Assembly: GCA_951406725.2 (NCBI GenBank)
Contig: OX597827.1
Coordinates: forward strand, 38,688,001 to 38,752,000
DNA from: Octopus vulgaris
Taxonomy: Eukaryota
Direction: 5' to 3'
Length of the DNA stretch: 64,000 nucleotides
Positions 1 through 12,600 of this stretch are shown piece by piece (the first letter of the stretch is position 1; each line of letters begins with the position of its first letter). A model generated the notes under the pieces. That model was not told the origin of the DNA, searched no databases, and worked only from the letters and a program-made list of their open reading frames with translations. The translations under genes and the position numbers were made by a program.

Positions 1-254
1 TTCTTTCTTTCATTGCTTAATATTTGTCTATCACATAAAGTCGTATATAATCACTACAGCACATGGGGGCAGGAGGGGGTTGACTCAAACTGAAGCAGGA
101 ATTTTCTACATAGTTACTTCACCTGCTCAACATAACAGTGAGGTCTTTATAAATAGGATCGCAAAAATGAAAGCAGGATTTTTTTAAAATTTGTTTTTTG
201 TTTTTATTTATATTGCTTGATCTTCTTGAGGCATAAGTAATAAACTAAGAGCAA

Positions 255-440
255 TAGAAAAGGCTGGAAAGGACAGAAATGAGAATGGTTTGGTGGATGA
301 GCAGAGTATCACTGGGAGAGAGGACAGCAGAGAATGATAGGAATAGTCAGTGATGGGTGCTGTGAAGAGAAATGGGATGATATGGCTGGGTCATGTGCTG
401 AGGAAGGATGACTGTGACTGGGTGAGAGGTAATGGAAGAG
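255..440 (+). mobile_element. RTE-clade LINE ORF2 3' fragment (degenerate)
   Basis: Translations RLERTEMRMVWWMSRVSL and WLGHVLRKDDCDWV are typical RTE C-terminal motifs; frameshifted. Confidence 0.7.
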
Positions 441-547
441 TTCATATAGCAAAATATTTGAAAAAGAACAAATGATGAGATAAAACATGCTTCAGTGTAT
501 TCTTTCTGTGTAATGGTGTAAAATGACTTACCGTTATATTATTTCAG

Positions 548-622
548 GCTACCGATAACATTTCCCAGAACACCATGCTAGAATATATTCTCATCAATTG
601 TGTCTTTGAATCCCTTATTTTG
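548..622 (+). CDS. ARMH3: ARMH3 exon ([25 protein letters not shown])
   Basis: ttcag/GTAAGT boundaries, phase 0-0. Confidence 0.93.
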
Positions 623-3600
623 GTAAGTTACTGACTACTACTACTACTACAACCATTAATGACTATTATAACTGTTTTATAATTAGTGAATTTCCTGGAT
701 TATATTCTGGAAGACACCAGAAGACAGAACTGCAATTTGACCAAAAAGAGAACAAGCATTTTCAGACATCCAAGACATGACGAATATGGAATGTCCTATT
801 GTTAATCATTGATTGGCATTATTCTTACTCTTTGCAGAAGGGCACTTCTCTACAGTGTGTGGATTCCCACCTCTGGATTAGTACATTAAGATATTTAGCA
901 GCATTAATTTTGTTAATTTTGAATTGTTTAATGAAATTTTACTCAGACTTTTCTTTTTTAAATGTCTAACATTACAGATTTTGGGCAATTCCATTTATCG
1001 ACCAACCCTTGGCTATGATGCTGTTTTGCTGCTAACGTTATTGGTGCAATACAGAAAATACGAGGTAAGTTAGACCAGCATCTAGCTATACTCCTATTTA
1101 TGTGACTAAGTGGACATCAAATATAATCATGCTGGCAGATTTCACTTATTTGTTATTTGTCCCCCACATTCCACCAATTGCTTTTCCCCTCAATCTATTT
1201 CTCTAGTTTGTTATTTTGTTATTTGTTTAATCACTCTTTACTAAATATTTTCTCCTCTTCCTTCAATTCATTGTCTTTCCCAAACTTTATCCCTTTGGAA
1301 CTCTCTCTCTCTCCCTCCCTCTCTCATATTCAAAGTGAACATGAATTTTTAAACATTTTCTTTGCACTAAACATTAATGACATACCAATGTATGTGTATG
1401 TACATGCTCAAAAACCTATATATGCAGGCATGGCTATGTGTTAAGAAGTTTGCTTCTTAACACACGAGGCGAGCTGGCAGAAATTTTAGCACGCCGGGCG
1501 AAATGCTTAGCAGTATATCGTCTGCCGCTACGTTCTGAGTTCAAATTCTGCCGAGGTCGACTTTGCCTTTCATCCTTTCAGAGTTGATTAAATAAGTACC
1601 AGTTATGCACTGGGGTCGATATAATCGACTTAATTCGTTTGTCTGTCCTTGTTTGTCCCCTCTGTGTGTAGCCCCTTGTGGGCAGTAAAGAAATAAGAAG
1701 TTTGCTTCCCAACCACATAGTTTCAAGTTCAGTACCACTGCATGGCACCTTAGGCAAGTGTCTTCTACTATAGCCTCCGGGTGACCAAAGCCTTATGAAT
1801 GGATTTGTCAGATGGAAACTGGAAGAAGCTCATTATATATACATGTGTGTTTGTCTTCAACCATTTTGACAACTGGTGTTGGTTTGTTTATGTTCTTGTA
1901 ACTTGAGTTCAAATTCTGCCAACACCTACTTTGCCTTTCATCCTTTTGGGGGTCAAGAAATAAAGAGTCAGTCAAATATTGAGGTTGATGATATCAACTT
2001 AACCCTCCCCTCAAAATCGGTGGCATTGTGTCTAAATTTGAATTCATCATATCAAAAGCTATGTTTTTCTCTTTCAGTCTGCTAATCCATACATTGTGAA
2101 ATTATCCATTCTAGACGATGAACTAGCTTTGACTGTAAGTATATATTTCCTCTCTATTTTCATTCCCTCCTCTTCTTCTTTAACTGCCACCAAACATTTG
2201 CTGAAAACAAATTTCTATGCTGTTGAATTGAAAATGTGTCTAAGGGAAGAAGGGGCTGAGAAAGATATTTAAGACAGAGTTTGGTGGGCTTGATGAGAAG
2301 TATGCTGGGATATGTCATAAAGCAATGAGTTAGCCGAATCATTAGGATATTGGACAAAATAACTTGTGGTATTTCTTATGGCTCTCTTTATTCTAATGCC
2401 ACATCCCCATGAAGTCAACTTTTTTCTTTTCAACTTTCTGGCGGGTTGATAAAATAAAGTATCCAAGTGGAACTGTTAGAGCAATGGACTCTTTACGAAT
2501 GTCCAGTCATGTATGCCAAACTTCTCAGCATCTAGCTTACGTGATGGAGTCTTTAAAAATACTCAAAGCAAGTGAAATGGAAACTGCCTTTGTAATTGTT
2601 TCATGAAAATTCCATGATAAATGCACAGCACTTGTTTTGAAAGTTACTAGGGATCTTACACAACCTTATAGTGCAGAAAGGTAAAATGACTGCACCGAAT
2701 GTGTTGTGTTCCCTTGGTTAGGTATAAAACAGTGTGTACCACATTGTAACTATCTCTCATAGCAGGTTCTAATCATATGTACATTATGTATGTGAGTGTC
2801 TTTATGTATGAATATGTATCTACATGTTATTATGCATGTGTGTTATTATCTTTGTTTTCTTGTAAATGTATCTGTACATTTGTGTAGGTAAATCTATATT
2901 GTCATCATCATCATTTAATGTCTGTTTTCTATGCTAGCCTAGCTTGGACGATTTTACAGGAGTTGGCAAGATGAAGGGCTCCACCAGGCTACAATTATCT
3001 GTTTTGGCATGGTTTTATGGCTGGATGCTCTCCTATAGAGTGCATTGGGTGCTTTTTATGTGGCACCAACATCAGTAGGGTTGCCAAGTAACTTGCAAGA
3101 CAAAACCTCTCAGCTAGGAGAGGGAGTGGAACTACAAGAAGTAGCTTTGTGCAAAGTAGAAAAGTTAGAATATATGTGTATATTTGTAAGCCTAGCTGTT
3201 GAATTTGAAAATTGAAAGAATTTTATTCAGTGGTGTGTTAACACGTAGAATGTCCTCCTTACCACTCTTATTGCCTGTCCTCACTCATCCTATCTTGCTT
3301 TTGTTGCAGGGTTATGCTCAGGTGGTTTCGTCATCTCTTACAGACTTCAACAGGTATAGTGGATAAATTCTATCTTAATTACTGGCTTATGTGCATGTTG
3401 TTATGTTGTGTTTATAGTTAAATTAGTTATTAACATATGCAATGTAATGAGTATTAAAAATTTAACTAGAAATATTCATATGTGAGAAAAAGAATAACAT
3501 TAATTCAATATCTAATATTACTTTAATCATTTAAACATCCATCCTTCCTTCCTTTCTTTCTTTCTTTCTTCATCACCATCATTTAATATCCATTTTCTAT

Positions 3601-6600
3601 ACTGGCATGGTTGGACAGTTTGACAGGAGCTGGCAAACCAGAAGACTGCTCCAAGGTCTGCTGTCTGCTTTGGCAGGGTTTCTTTGACTGGAAGCCCTTC
3701 CTAGTGTTAACCACTTTACAAAGTGAACTGAGTACTTTTTATGTGACACCGGCACCAATGAGGTCTCCAAGTAACTAGCAAGACATGACCCTTCAGCTGA
3801 TGGAAGAGTAGTATTAAGGGAGGTGGCATTGTGCCAAGTAATGATAGAGGGACAGAAGCAGGTGTCTTGCTGTAGAGGCAATACATGGCTACCCCAGTTT
3901 GAAAAGGAGAGAGAGAAGATGGTGAAAACGATGTGTTAGGGTATACCCTCAATTTACAGGGAGGCGTTCCATGCTTACTTATAAGAAATTGTAAAAACAA
4001 CATATGATGTGAAATAATCCGAACTTAATAAATGCTATTAATATTTCTATTTATTTTCACATTAATTCTTTTCTCTATCATATTTCTGCAGAGAATATCA
4101 GACTAAAAATTCTGAACCACAAACTGGATGGTTTTCTGCAATCGCTAACATGGTAAGTTTTATTTTTATACTTGACTCCCACTTTGATGGAATATAGATT
4201 TTTTTTTATAATGTGTGTGCATTTCTTTGGTAGCATGGCTGGGATGTTTTTTTTTGTTTTTTATCTGACTATTTTTGTTTAGATCTAGACACTTTCATAC
4301 ATTTAACTACTCAACCATGAAGTTGGGGGTGGAGTGAAAATGCATGTTTGTGTTTAATTGTGTGCCTGTGTTTGTGTATGTATCTGTAGTTGTGTCTGTG
4401 TGTGTATTGAATCATCCCAAAAATAATGCAGCTTTTTTATACTTCTTTCATTTTTCAAAATTAAGACAAAGTCCATTTTAATCTAAAATATACTCTCCTC
4501 CATTTTCTTCAATGTTCTTCCATCTATCTGGTGGACTTGCAAGGCTCCTCTTCTAAAATTCAGTTTTCTATGAAAAATACTCCTCCAGTACTGTTCTGAC
4601 TCTGTCTACAAAGTTCATATTTTTTCCGTCTAAATGATTTTGAAGACTGTGGAATAAATGATAATCAGGTGGAGCAATGTCTGGTGAATTATGTGGGTGG
4701 GGCATTATTTCCCATTCAAACTGCTTCAGCCTTTGGAATGTCATCCTGACTGTATGTGGCCGAGCATTATCCTGATGAAAGAACACCTTTTGTCTTGAAA
4801 CCAAAGATGGTGATTTTTCTTCTACCACTGGTTTAAGCCATTCAAGCTGGTCACAGTAGATCTCCATTTTGTTTGGGCTTAAATGTTCAAAGTGGACTAA
4901 ACCTTTTATATCCCACCAAACAAATAACAACACCTTACATGAGTGAAGTCCTTCTTTAGCCTTGGGTGCCTGTGTTTCTCCTTTCCCCACCCACAGTCTT
5001 TGGCACTTGACATTTTTATAGAGAACCCATTTCTCGTCACCAGTTACTATTTGGTCCAAAAAAAGTTCATTCATAAGATATAACAGCAAAGAAGAGCACA
5101 CATTCACTCTCTGATGCGATTAGACTTGGAAAGTTTGTGAGGAACTCATTGACTTTTCCGATGGCAATGAATGGTTGAATGACCAAATCCAAGCTTCTCT
5201 GTTAGTTCCTCAACAGTTACAATGGGATTTTGTTCTATCATGGTTTGCAGGACATCCTCATCAAGCTCTACAGATCTTCCAGGACAAGGCTCGTCTTCTA
5301 GGCTGTAGTTTCTGGCACCGCTACTGACACTGGCTTATGTTTATTGTCCAATCCCTATATACTGCATTAATATTCCTTGCACTTTCTGTTGCATTGTTGC
5401 CTTTATTGAAGTCATAAAGCAAAATATGCTTCTTTGTCATTTCTATTATAGCTTTGAATAAATAACTATCAAGACTGAACTGTTCTCTTCAAAACTTGCA
5501 CTAAGAATAAATACAAGGTAAAATTACTACCTGCTTTCATAGCAAATTGATGCAGGTAGCTAAACCCGCCCTCCAGCTTTTAGTTCATGCAATTGAAAAA
5601 ACTGCATTATTTATGGGATGACCAAATATATCACAATTTCACAAACTCCACACATCATGTCCGAAAGAAAGTTTTATAATAAAAAATAAGTGTATGTGTA
5701 GATTTATGTACAAATGAGTATATCATTTATAATCTATACACAACACAGAATAGCACTTTGTATCAAAGGAAGTTTTCTTTAGAGACTTTGTATGTTAAAA
5801 AGACAGCATGCTTGGAATGATGTAGATTTATATAGGCAGGGAGGGGGCAGCAAAATGAGTAATTTCTGATTTCTTGTTATTTTGTACTATTGTGTCATTG
5901 TTGGGAGTAAAAATTGGTCAGCATATTGTTGTTGAAGTTAAGAGAGTTTGAAACCTCATCAGATGACAGGTACTTTTCTTTTCAAGAAATTTTTCCACAA
6001 CTTTGACCTGATTTTAATTGAGGTTGCTAATAAAATACCTGGATAATTTTTGGTGTTTAAACTAATAATATTCTTACCTCTGTTGGATTCTAAGTCAATT
6101 TTTTTTCCCCACACTAATGTCTAATTTCATAATTTTTAATTTTCAAAAAATCATGTTTAAACCAAGGAAAATGAGTGACTAATTTCAATAATTTTTTTTC
6201 TCTTTAACTGCATGGTGTGTAAACATAATCATGATGAGGGACACTCCAGCATACTTTGAAGAAGCTATAGAGAATATTTTTATGTTGATTTTTTTTATAT
6301 AGTCAAATTTTGTTAATTTCATTTCATATGCCATTCTTCTATGATCCTCTTTCAATTTGACCTATATATTTTTAATTTTTGTTGCTGTATGCAAGGAATA
6401 TAATATTAAGCTTCACTATGTCGCCAAACATAAGTCACAAAACAATGAATTAAACGGAGAAAGAAGGAAGATGAAAATAGTTGAATTGAAGAAGAAGCTT
6501 AGTTCACAACAGAACAATTTCACAAAACATGTTGGGGAAACTGGTTTATGTACAAATGTTAGTCATTTAATAGCTGAAAAATTGGCTCAGAAGGGTAAGC

Positions 6601-9600
6601 CACTGATAGATGGCGAATTAATAAAAGAATATTGTAATTGCTTTTAATGATTATTGTCCCGAGAAGGTGAACTTATTCAATGAAACAAGTCTGTCACATC
6701 AGACAATTGGTAGAATTGATGACTTAGCTGACATTATTGTGAGTACATTGCAAACCCAGTTATCTAAATGTGTTCATTACAGTTTAGTATTGGGCAAAAG
6801 TACTGATCAAAGTGACACTGCACAGTTGGTTATTTCCATCAGGGGAAGTGATGTCAATTTTAATATCATTGAAGAAATGTTGGGTGTGTGTCATATGAAG
6901 AGTATGACGACTGGCAGGGGCATAACTGAGCATGTTAAATTTATCATTAGAAAAGTTCAATGTTGATAGAAATAAAATTAATTCGATTAGAACTGATTGT
7001 GCTCCTGCATTAACTGGTAAAGATAATGGGTTTATTACTTTATTCAAAGAAATAGTTGATCATGATATACTTAGCTATCATTGCTTGATTCATCAACAGC
7101 AATTATGTGCTCAAAAATTAAATATGAAACAGTTGATGACAGATATTGTGAACATTGTTAATTTTATCAGATCTCAGGGATTGAACCATTGTATATTTAC
7201 AATGGTTCAATTGTATATTGGTATAAGCATACATGGTAGAAATTGGCAGTGAGTATGAAGACGTTATTTATTTCTCAAAAGTCAGATTGCTCAGTCAAGT
7301 AGCAACTTTGAATAGATTTCAATTATTGTTGCCTGAAATAAAACAGTTCATGCAAAGCAAAATGCAAAATGTAGGTTTTTTATCAAATGAAGAATGGTTA
7401 AATGATCTGTCCTTAGGAGATATCACTGAAATTTAGCTGAACTTAATTTGCATTTACAAGGAAAAGACCAATTATGTTGTTCAATGTTTGAGCGAATAAC
7501 AAGTTTTACTAAGAAATTAGAACTTTTCATAATACAATTGGAGGGTGGAGAAATTGTACATTTTCAGAATTTATCTAAAAGATAAGAAGAGTTTCCTATG
7601 AACTTTGAAAAATACACTAAATTATGTGAAGCTTTGTTAGAAGATTTTACAACCAGATTTTCTGACTTCAGAAAGATAGAAACTGAACTAAAATTGTTGA
7701 GTGATCCATTTTCATTTATTTATGTGGAAGCACCAGCCAAATATCAGCTAGAACTCATTGAGCTTCAAAGTAGAGAACCTTTGAAAACTTATCATAGAGA
7801 ACCTGTCCTTCTTGACGTTTACAAGAAATTGCATTCTTTCAATGAATTTCATCAAATTGCCAATTTAGCTAGAAAACTATTGTGCATGTAAATTAGTATA
7901 TACTGCTGTGAACAATTCTTTTCGTGTGTGAAAAACATCAAAACTGCTGAAAGAAATAGGTCGAGTGATTGCCATTTAACACACATTCTTAGAGTAAAGA
8001 ATAGCACCATAATAGCATATATTGAGAATATCATAAAAGGAAAGCAATGCCTAAAATCACTTTGATTTTATTTTGGTTAAGTGTAATTTTATTTTTACTG
8101 TCAACAACATATTATTTTGTATTTATATTTGTTATCAAATAATTTGGTTAATGTTAAGTACCTCTGTGGCCCGGTGAATATACTTAAATTTATAATTTGG
8201 CCCGCTAGGAAAAAAGGTTGGACATCCCTACTCAAAAAGAATGGAGATAGTTTTCTGAAATTGTGTTCAGATTATGTTATAGTGGTGTTAGTGCATTTAG
8301 AGATGGTCGTTTGCTTAGCTGACATAGTTTTTGTAAGGTAGTGAAAATTTTGTGAAAAAAAATTGTTTTTTTCTCAGACAAAAATGCAGTAAATCTTACT
8401 TATTGTATCCCATCTACCCTTAACTTTAAAATAAGAACCAGTACTGAGGGTTATTTAACTGAAAATATCTTCCTCAAAATGTTTAGCCTTGTGAACAATA
8501 GCGTCGTTTCCAGCAAGCTAACCACTACTAAGTTCACTGACTAAATTGTCAAGCAATTCAGATGGAACAAATATCACAAGGTACTTTTCTTCGAAAGCGC
8601 CGGTTTTTCAATTTTCCCGAAAGATGTAATAATATATACTGCAATTTTTTTGCGTAGTAACCTATATCAGATTACAAATAGTGTTTTATTGTTTATAAAA
8701 TATACTATAAAACGATAATTAAGTCAATTTACTTGATCGCAGTATTCACAAGCTCCCTCATTGACCCATTATTAATTACACTCCACCTGTAGAATTCCCC
8801 AATGTCTAGAAAAATTATTCAGTGTGTTGTTTTTGTCTATAGAATATACCGTAAAACGCTCAGTTCTGTAAAATGATCGTTTATTTGAAGTTGAGTGGTA
8901 TATCTTTTCCATGTGGTAACTTCTACTACTTTTGACTGAACGTTGTTTACATATATATTCAATAACTTTATTTATAAGATTAGCTATGATGCTAAACTAC
9001 ATTCGGTAGTGGTGCGGAGGTAAAGAATACGTACACCACTCGTTTTCGGCGTAACTCTAAGTCCTAACCTTTAAACACCGCGTGTGCATATTCTTTACCT
9101 TCGCCCGGAAGTGGGAACCACCTCTTAACCACTTTGGACCCAAGTCTACTCAGACCCGGAGTAGTATTACCGGTCATGGTCCTGACTGTGGGTTAAATAG
9201 TGTGTAACCACATTGAAATCACGATATGCAAAATAGTGGATGTGAAGTGTTTCGGTCGATGAACGTATTGAATCAATTGTGAACCTACGTAGTCGTGGCG
9301 TGAGCAAATGAGCTATTTCAGCTAAGTGAAAGTCTGGTCAAAATAAATATTTATGCTTCGACGCTCTTTTGCAAAGAATTATATTAGCTCCGGTATCTAA
9401 AATAATCGGTTAGTAATCCTTCTAGGCTAATTCGGAGAATCAGACAGGGTGTCATGTCGTATGTCGTAACAAGGTTAACGGCGACATGTCTCACGTATCA
9501 GTACGTGATAACCCGATTCATCATTTCTTCTGAACTCAGAAGGATCGATTAGTGGTGTTTTGCGACTTTAACTTGTACATTTTATCTTATGATACATCAC

Positions 9601-12600
9601 GTGATATATCTTATTTGCATATTGTCAGCTGAAATTTCTTTGATTATTAATTTCTGAGGAATATTATTGGGATGACATAGGAGTGATGTTGTTTAAATTC
9701 GAAGTTTCAATTGTTTCTTACTTAATACATGAATTCATTTGAAATGTTGTAATGGAATTGTCTAATTACGTTTGTATGTCAGCGACTTGAAGAGTTGGAG
9801 GGTGGCGAGGAATCAGGGGAGATGACTGAGGCAATGTTTTTTTTTTTTATTTCTAATTCATAGTTGTTTGTTCCCAGGTCAATCTTGATCCAAGACATTT
9901 CAAAAGTGACCATCCGTTATTTTATCTTTTATTTTTATTTTCTTACAATGTGTCTTACCTTTGAAAAAAAAATTAAACATTAGATAATGAAGTCCTTAAT
10001 AATCTGTTAAGCTTTTTCTTACAACATTTCTGTTGTTTCAATTAATTTTGAAAATGATGAAGAATTTAGTAAAATTCTTTGTCATTATTAACTTGGTGTT
10101 TGGAACATAAAATAAAGTGAAATTTTGATAGAAATTTTTAATTTGAATCTCTTTAAAATACAAATTCCATATCAAAGAATAAGGGACAGTCTCAAGTGGT
10201 TTGGTATCAAAATCATTAAAAGGCAAAAATTGAAATTACATTTGATCAACTAGAAGTCAAAATTGTGGGTTAAATTTTGGTTTCTAACATTGTCACTTGT
10301 GGAATATTTTATTGAATTCATTTCAAAATAACAAATATTTGTTTATGTTATTTTTAGGTTGGTAACATGTTTGTTGCAGAAGAGAAGACAGTGGAATCAG
10401 TCAGGTAAATATCAAATGTTAAAAATTTTCTGGTGGGAGGTGCTGAAAATAATCTGTTTTATAATTATTTTTACTAATCCAGCAGGTCCTGTAATTAAAG
10501 GTACTTCAACTATGACTATTTGTCTTTCTTATTAGTCATAGTCTAATACATCTCAACCATCTTTTGCCTATGAGCCTCTTTGATTCCTATTTTACATGGG
10601 TGAACCTTCATAGCCATTCAGTGTTTAAAAAATCCTGTTATTATATTTTTATAATTAAACATTATTAGGAATTGTATTGTTTTGTATGTTTTCTTATATT
10701 TTCAGAGCCAATGATTCCATCTTACTGGCCCTTTATGAAGCTATTCACTTAAATCGTAATTTCATCACAGCTCTGACACATGTTAGTATTATCTGGAGTT
10801 TTCTTCATTTATTTTTCTTACACAATGTAAATTTCAACCAGATAGTTACATGAACTGAAAGAGAGAAAAATGAACAAACGCACGCACGGTAAACCACGAA
10901 TCCACATACATAGTACAATATAACAAGCTTTCCAGAGATGTGTAATCAGGCAATTATTCTTTCTCAGTCACTTATCACATCTTGAGTTCATTACTTATTT
11001 GGGCATCAACACACTAAAGTTTCAACATCTAGTAGCAGATTTAATAGAAACCCACAAAATTATCCACCATCTTTCCAAGTTGACTGTGTGGGGCACTAGC
11101 ATTATGCTAGGTGATGAAAGGTTAAAGTATGAAGGATGAGGCAAGGATAGGTTGTTTTTTTTTTGGGGGGGGGGTGCTGTAGAGGAGATACATGGCTACT
11201 TGCATTATACAAGAATGGATGGGATTAATTAAGGTGGAGCTGGAAATAGAGATAAAGATGATGGTGATGAGGTGCCAGGGTGGTTTTGAAGACAAAATAT
11301 CAGGAAGGGTGTTTATAGAGGTAGAAAAAACTGTAATAAATTAATATATTTCTATATCATCCATATATGAAGGCAATATGACTCCATAACTGCAGTCAAT
11401 GACTGAAGCCTGTAGAAGTTTATACATGTTATATTGTGATGAGATATTTGTGTATCATGAATACATGAGATGTATTGTTAGCTAATTCACTTATCAAGTT
11501 TTATAAACCATCATTCACTAGGCACACACACCATCTACACCAGCAACACCACCTGCGTCTCCAGCATTCCCTACCTCATTACCAACAGAAGAACAAGGTA
11601 AGTTTGCTTTTTTTCTTGCATTTTCATTGTCTTCTCAGTAACAACTTACTGCTGTAAGCAGTGGTAGCACTATGAAATTTACCAGCGTTCATTTAAAAGC
11701 TGTCTCATCATGTCTAGTTAAGACAGTCAATTCTCAAGTGCTTTAGTCCATTAGCAGGACATATGGATCATGGGATAGTACAGTCCACTTAGCTGTAAAT
11801 AGATCCACAGTTAAATAGTTTGCCTTACTGTAAATAGGTACATGAGAAAGTAAAGTCTGTACATATGTGCACTCCATTGCAGTGGTACAATTTATGCTAT
11901 ATCCATGGCCCAGTAGACCTGATTGCAAATAGGTGCCATTAGATGGTACATTTCATTCAACTATACACCATGTGGTGGCACAATCAATTTTTTTGTAAAT
12001 AGTTATCAGTTTGCTAGAGTCCACCTAGCTCTAAATAGCTACTGTAGTAGATGGTTTGAAAACTATTATTACTTCTTTCTAAAAAAAATTGAAATATTTC
12101 TGTCTACAATAAACATTTGTGGAGGTGTGTAGGTTAGGGTGTCAGCATCATGATCGTAGGTTTGTGGTTTTGATTCCTGGACCGGGCGACGCATTGTGTT
12201 CTTGAGCAAAACACTTCATTTCACGTTGCTCCAGTCCACTCAGCTGGCAAAAACGAGTAACGCTGTGATGGACTGTCGTCCCATCCAGCTGGGGAACACA
12301 TACGTCTGGGAAACCAGGTGTGTGTGTGTGTCCAGTTTTGTAGGACCCTGTTCCCCTGTCCCATCTCCTTGCCCTGCATGTTTCATGTTCCACCACTCTG
12401 TTCTGAGCTACGCCTCATTGCCTACCTTCCCACCTCATTGGTTCATATGCATCCTCATTGGTTCATATCCCACTCTGTGCCGCAAGTCTTTGTCTTATCT
12501 TCCATTTCTCTTTCCTGTCTAGTGTCACACCTCATTGACCTGTGTGCCACTTCTCTGTTTTCTGTCAGTTTTCTCTTCTCAGTTTTTATATCTCCACATC

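Noticed and set aside
6357-8065. Possible domesticated GTF2IRD2/ZBED-like nested gene
   Set aside because: Multiple frameshifts and in-frame stops, degraded catalytic motifs and a retained transposon end indicate a TE fossil.
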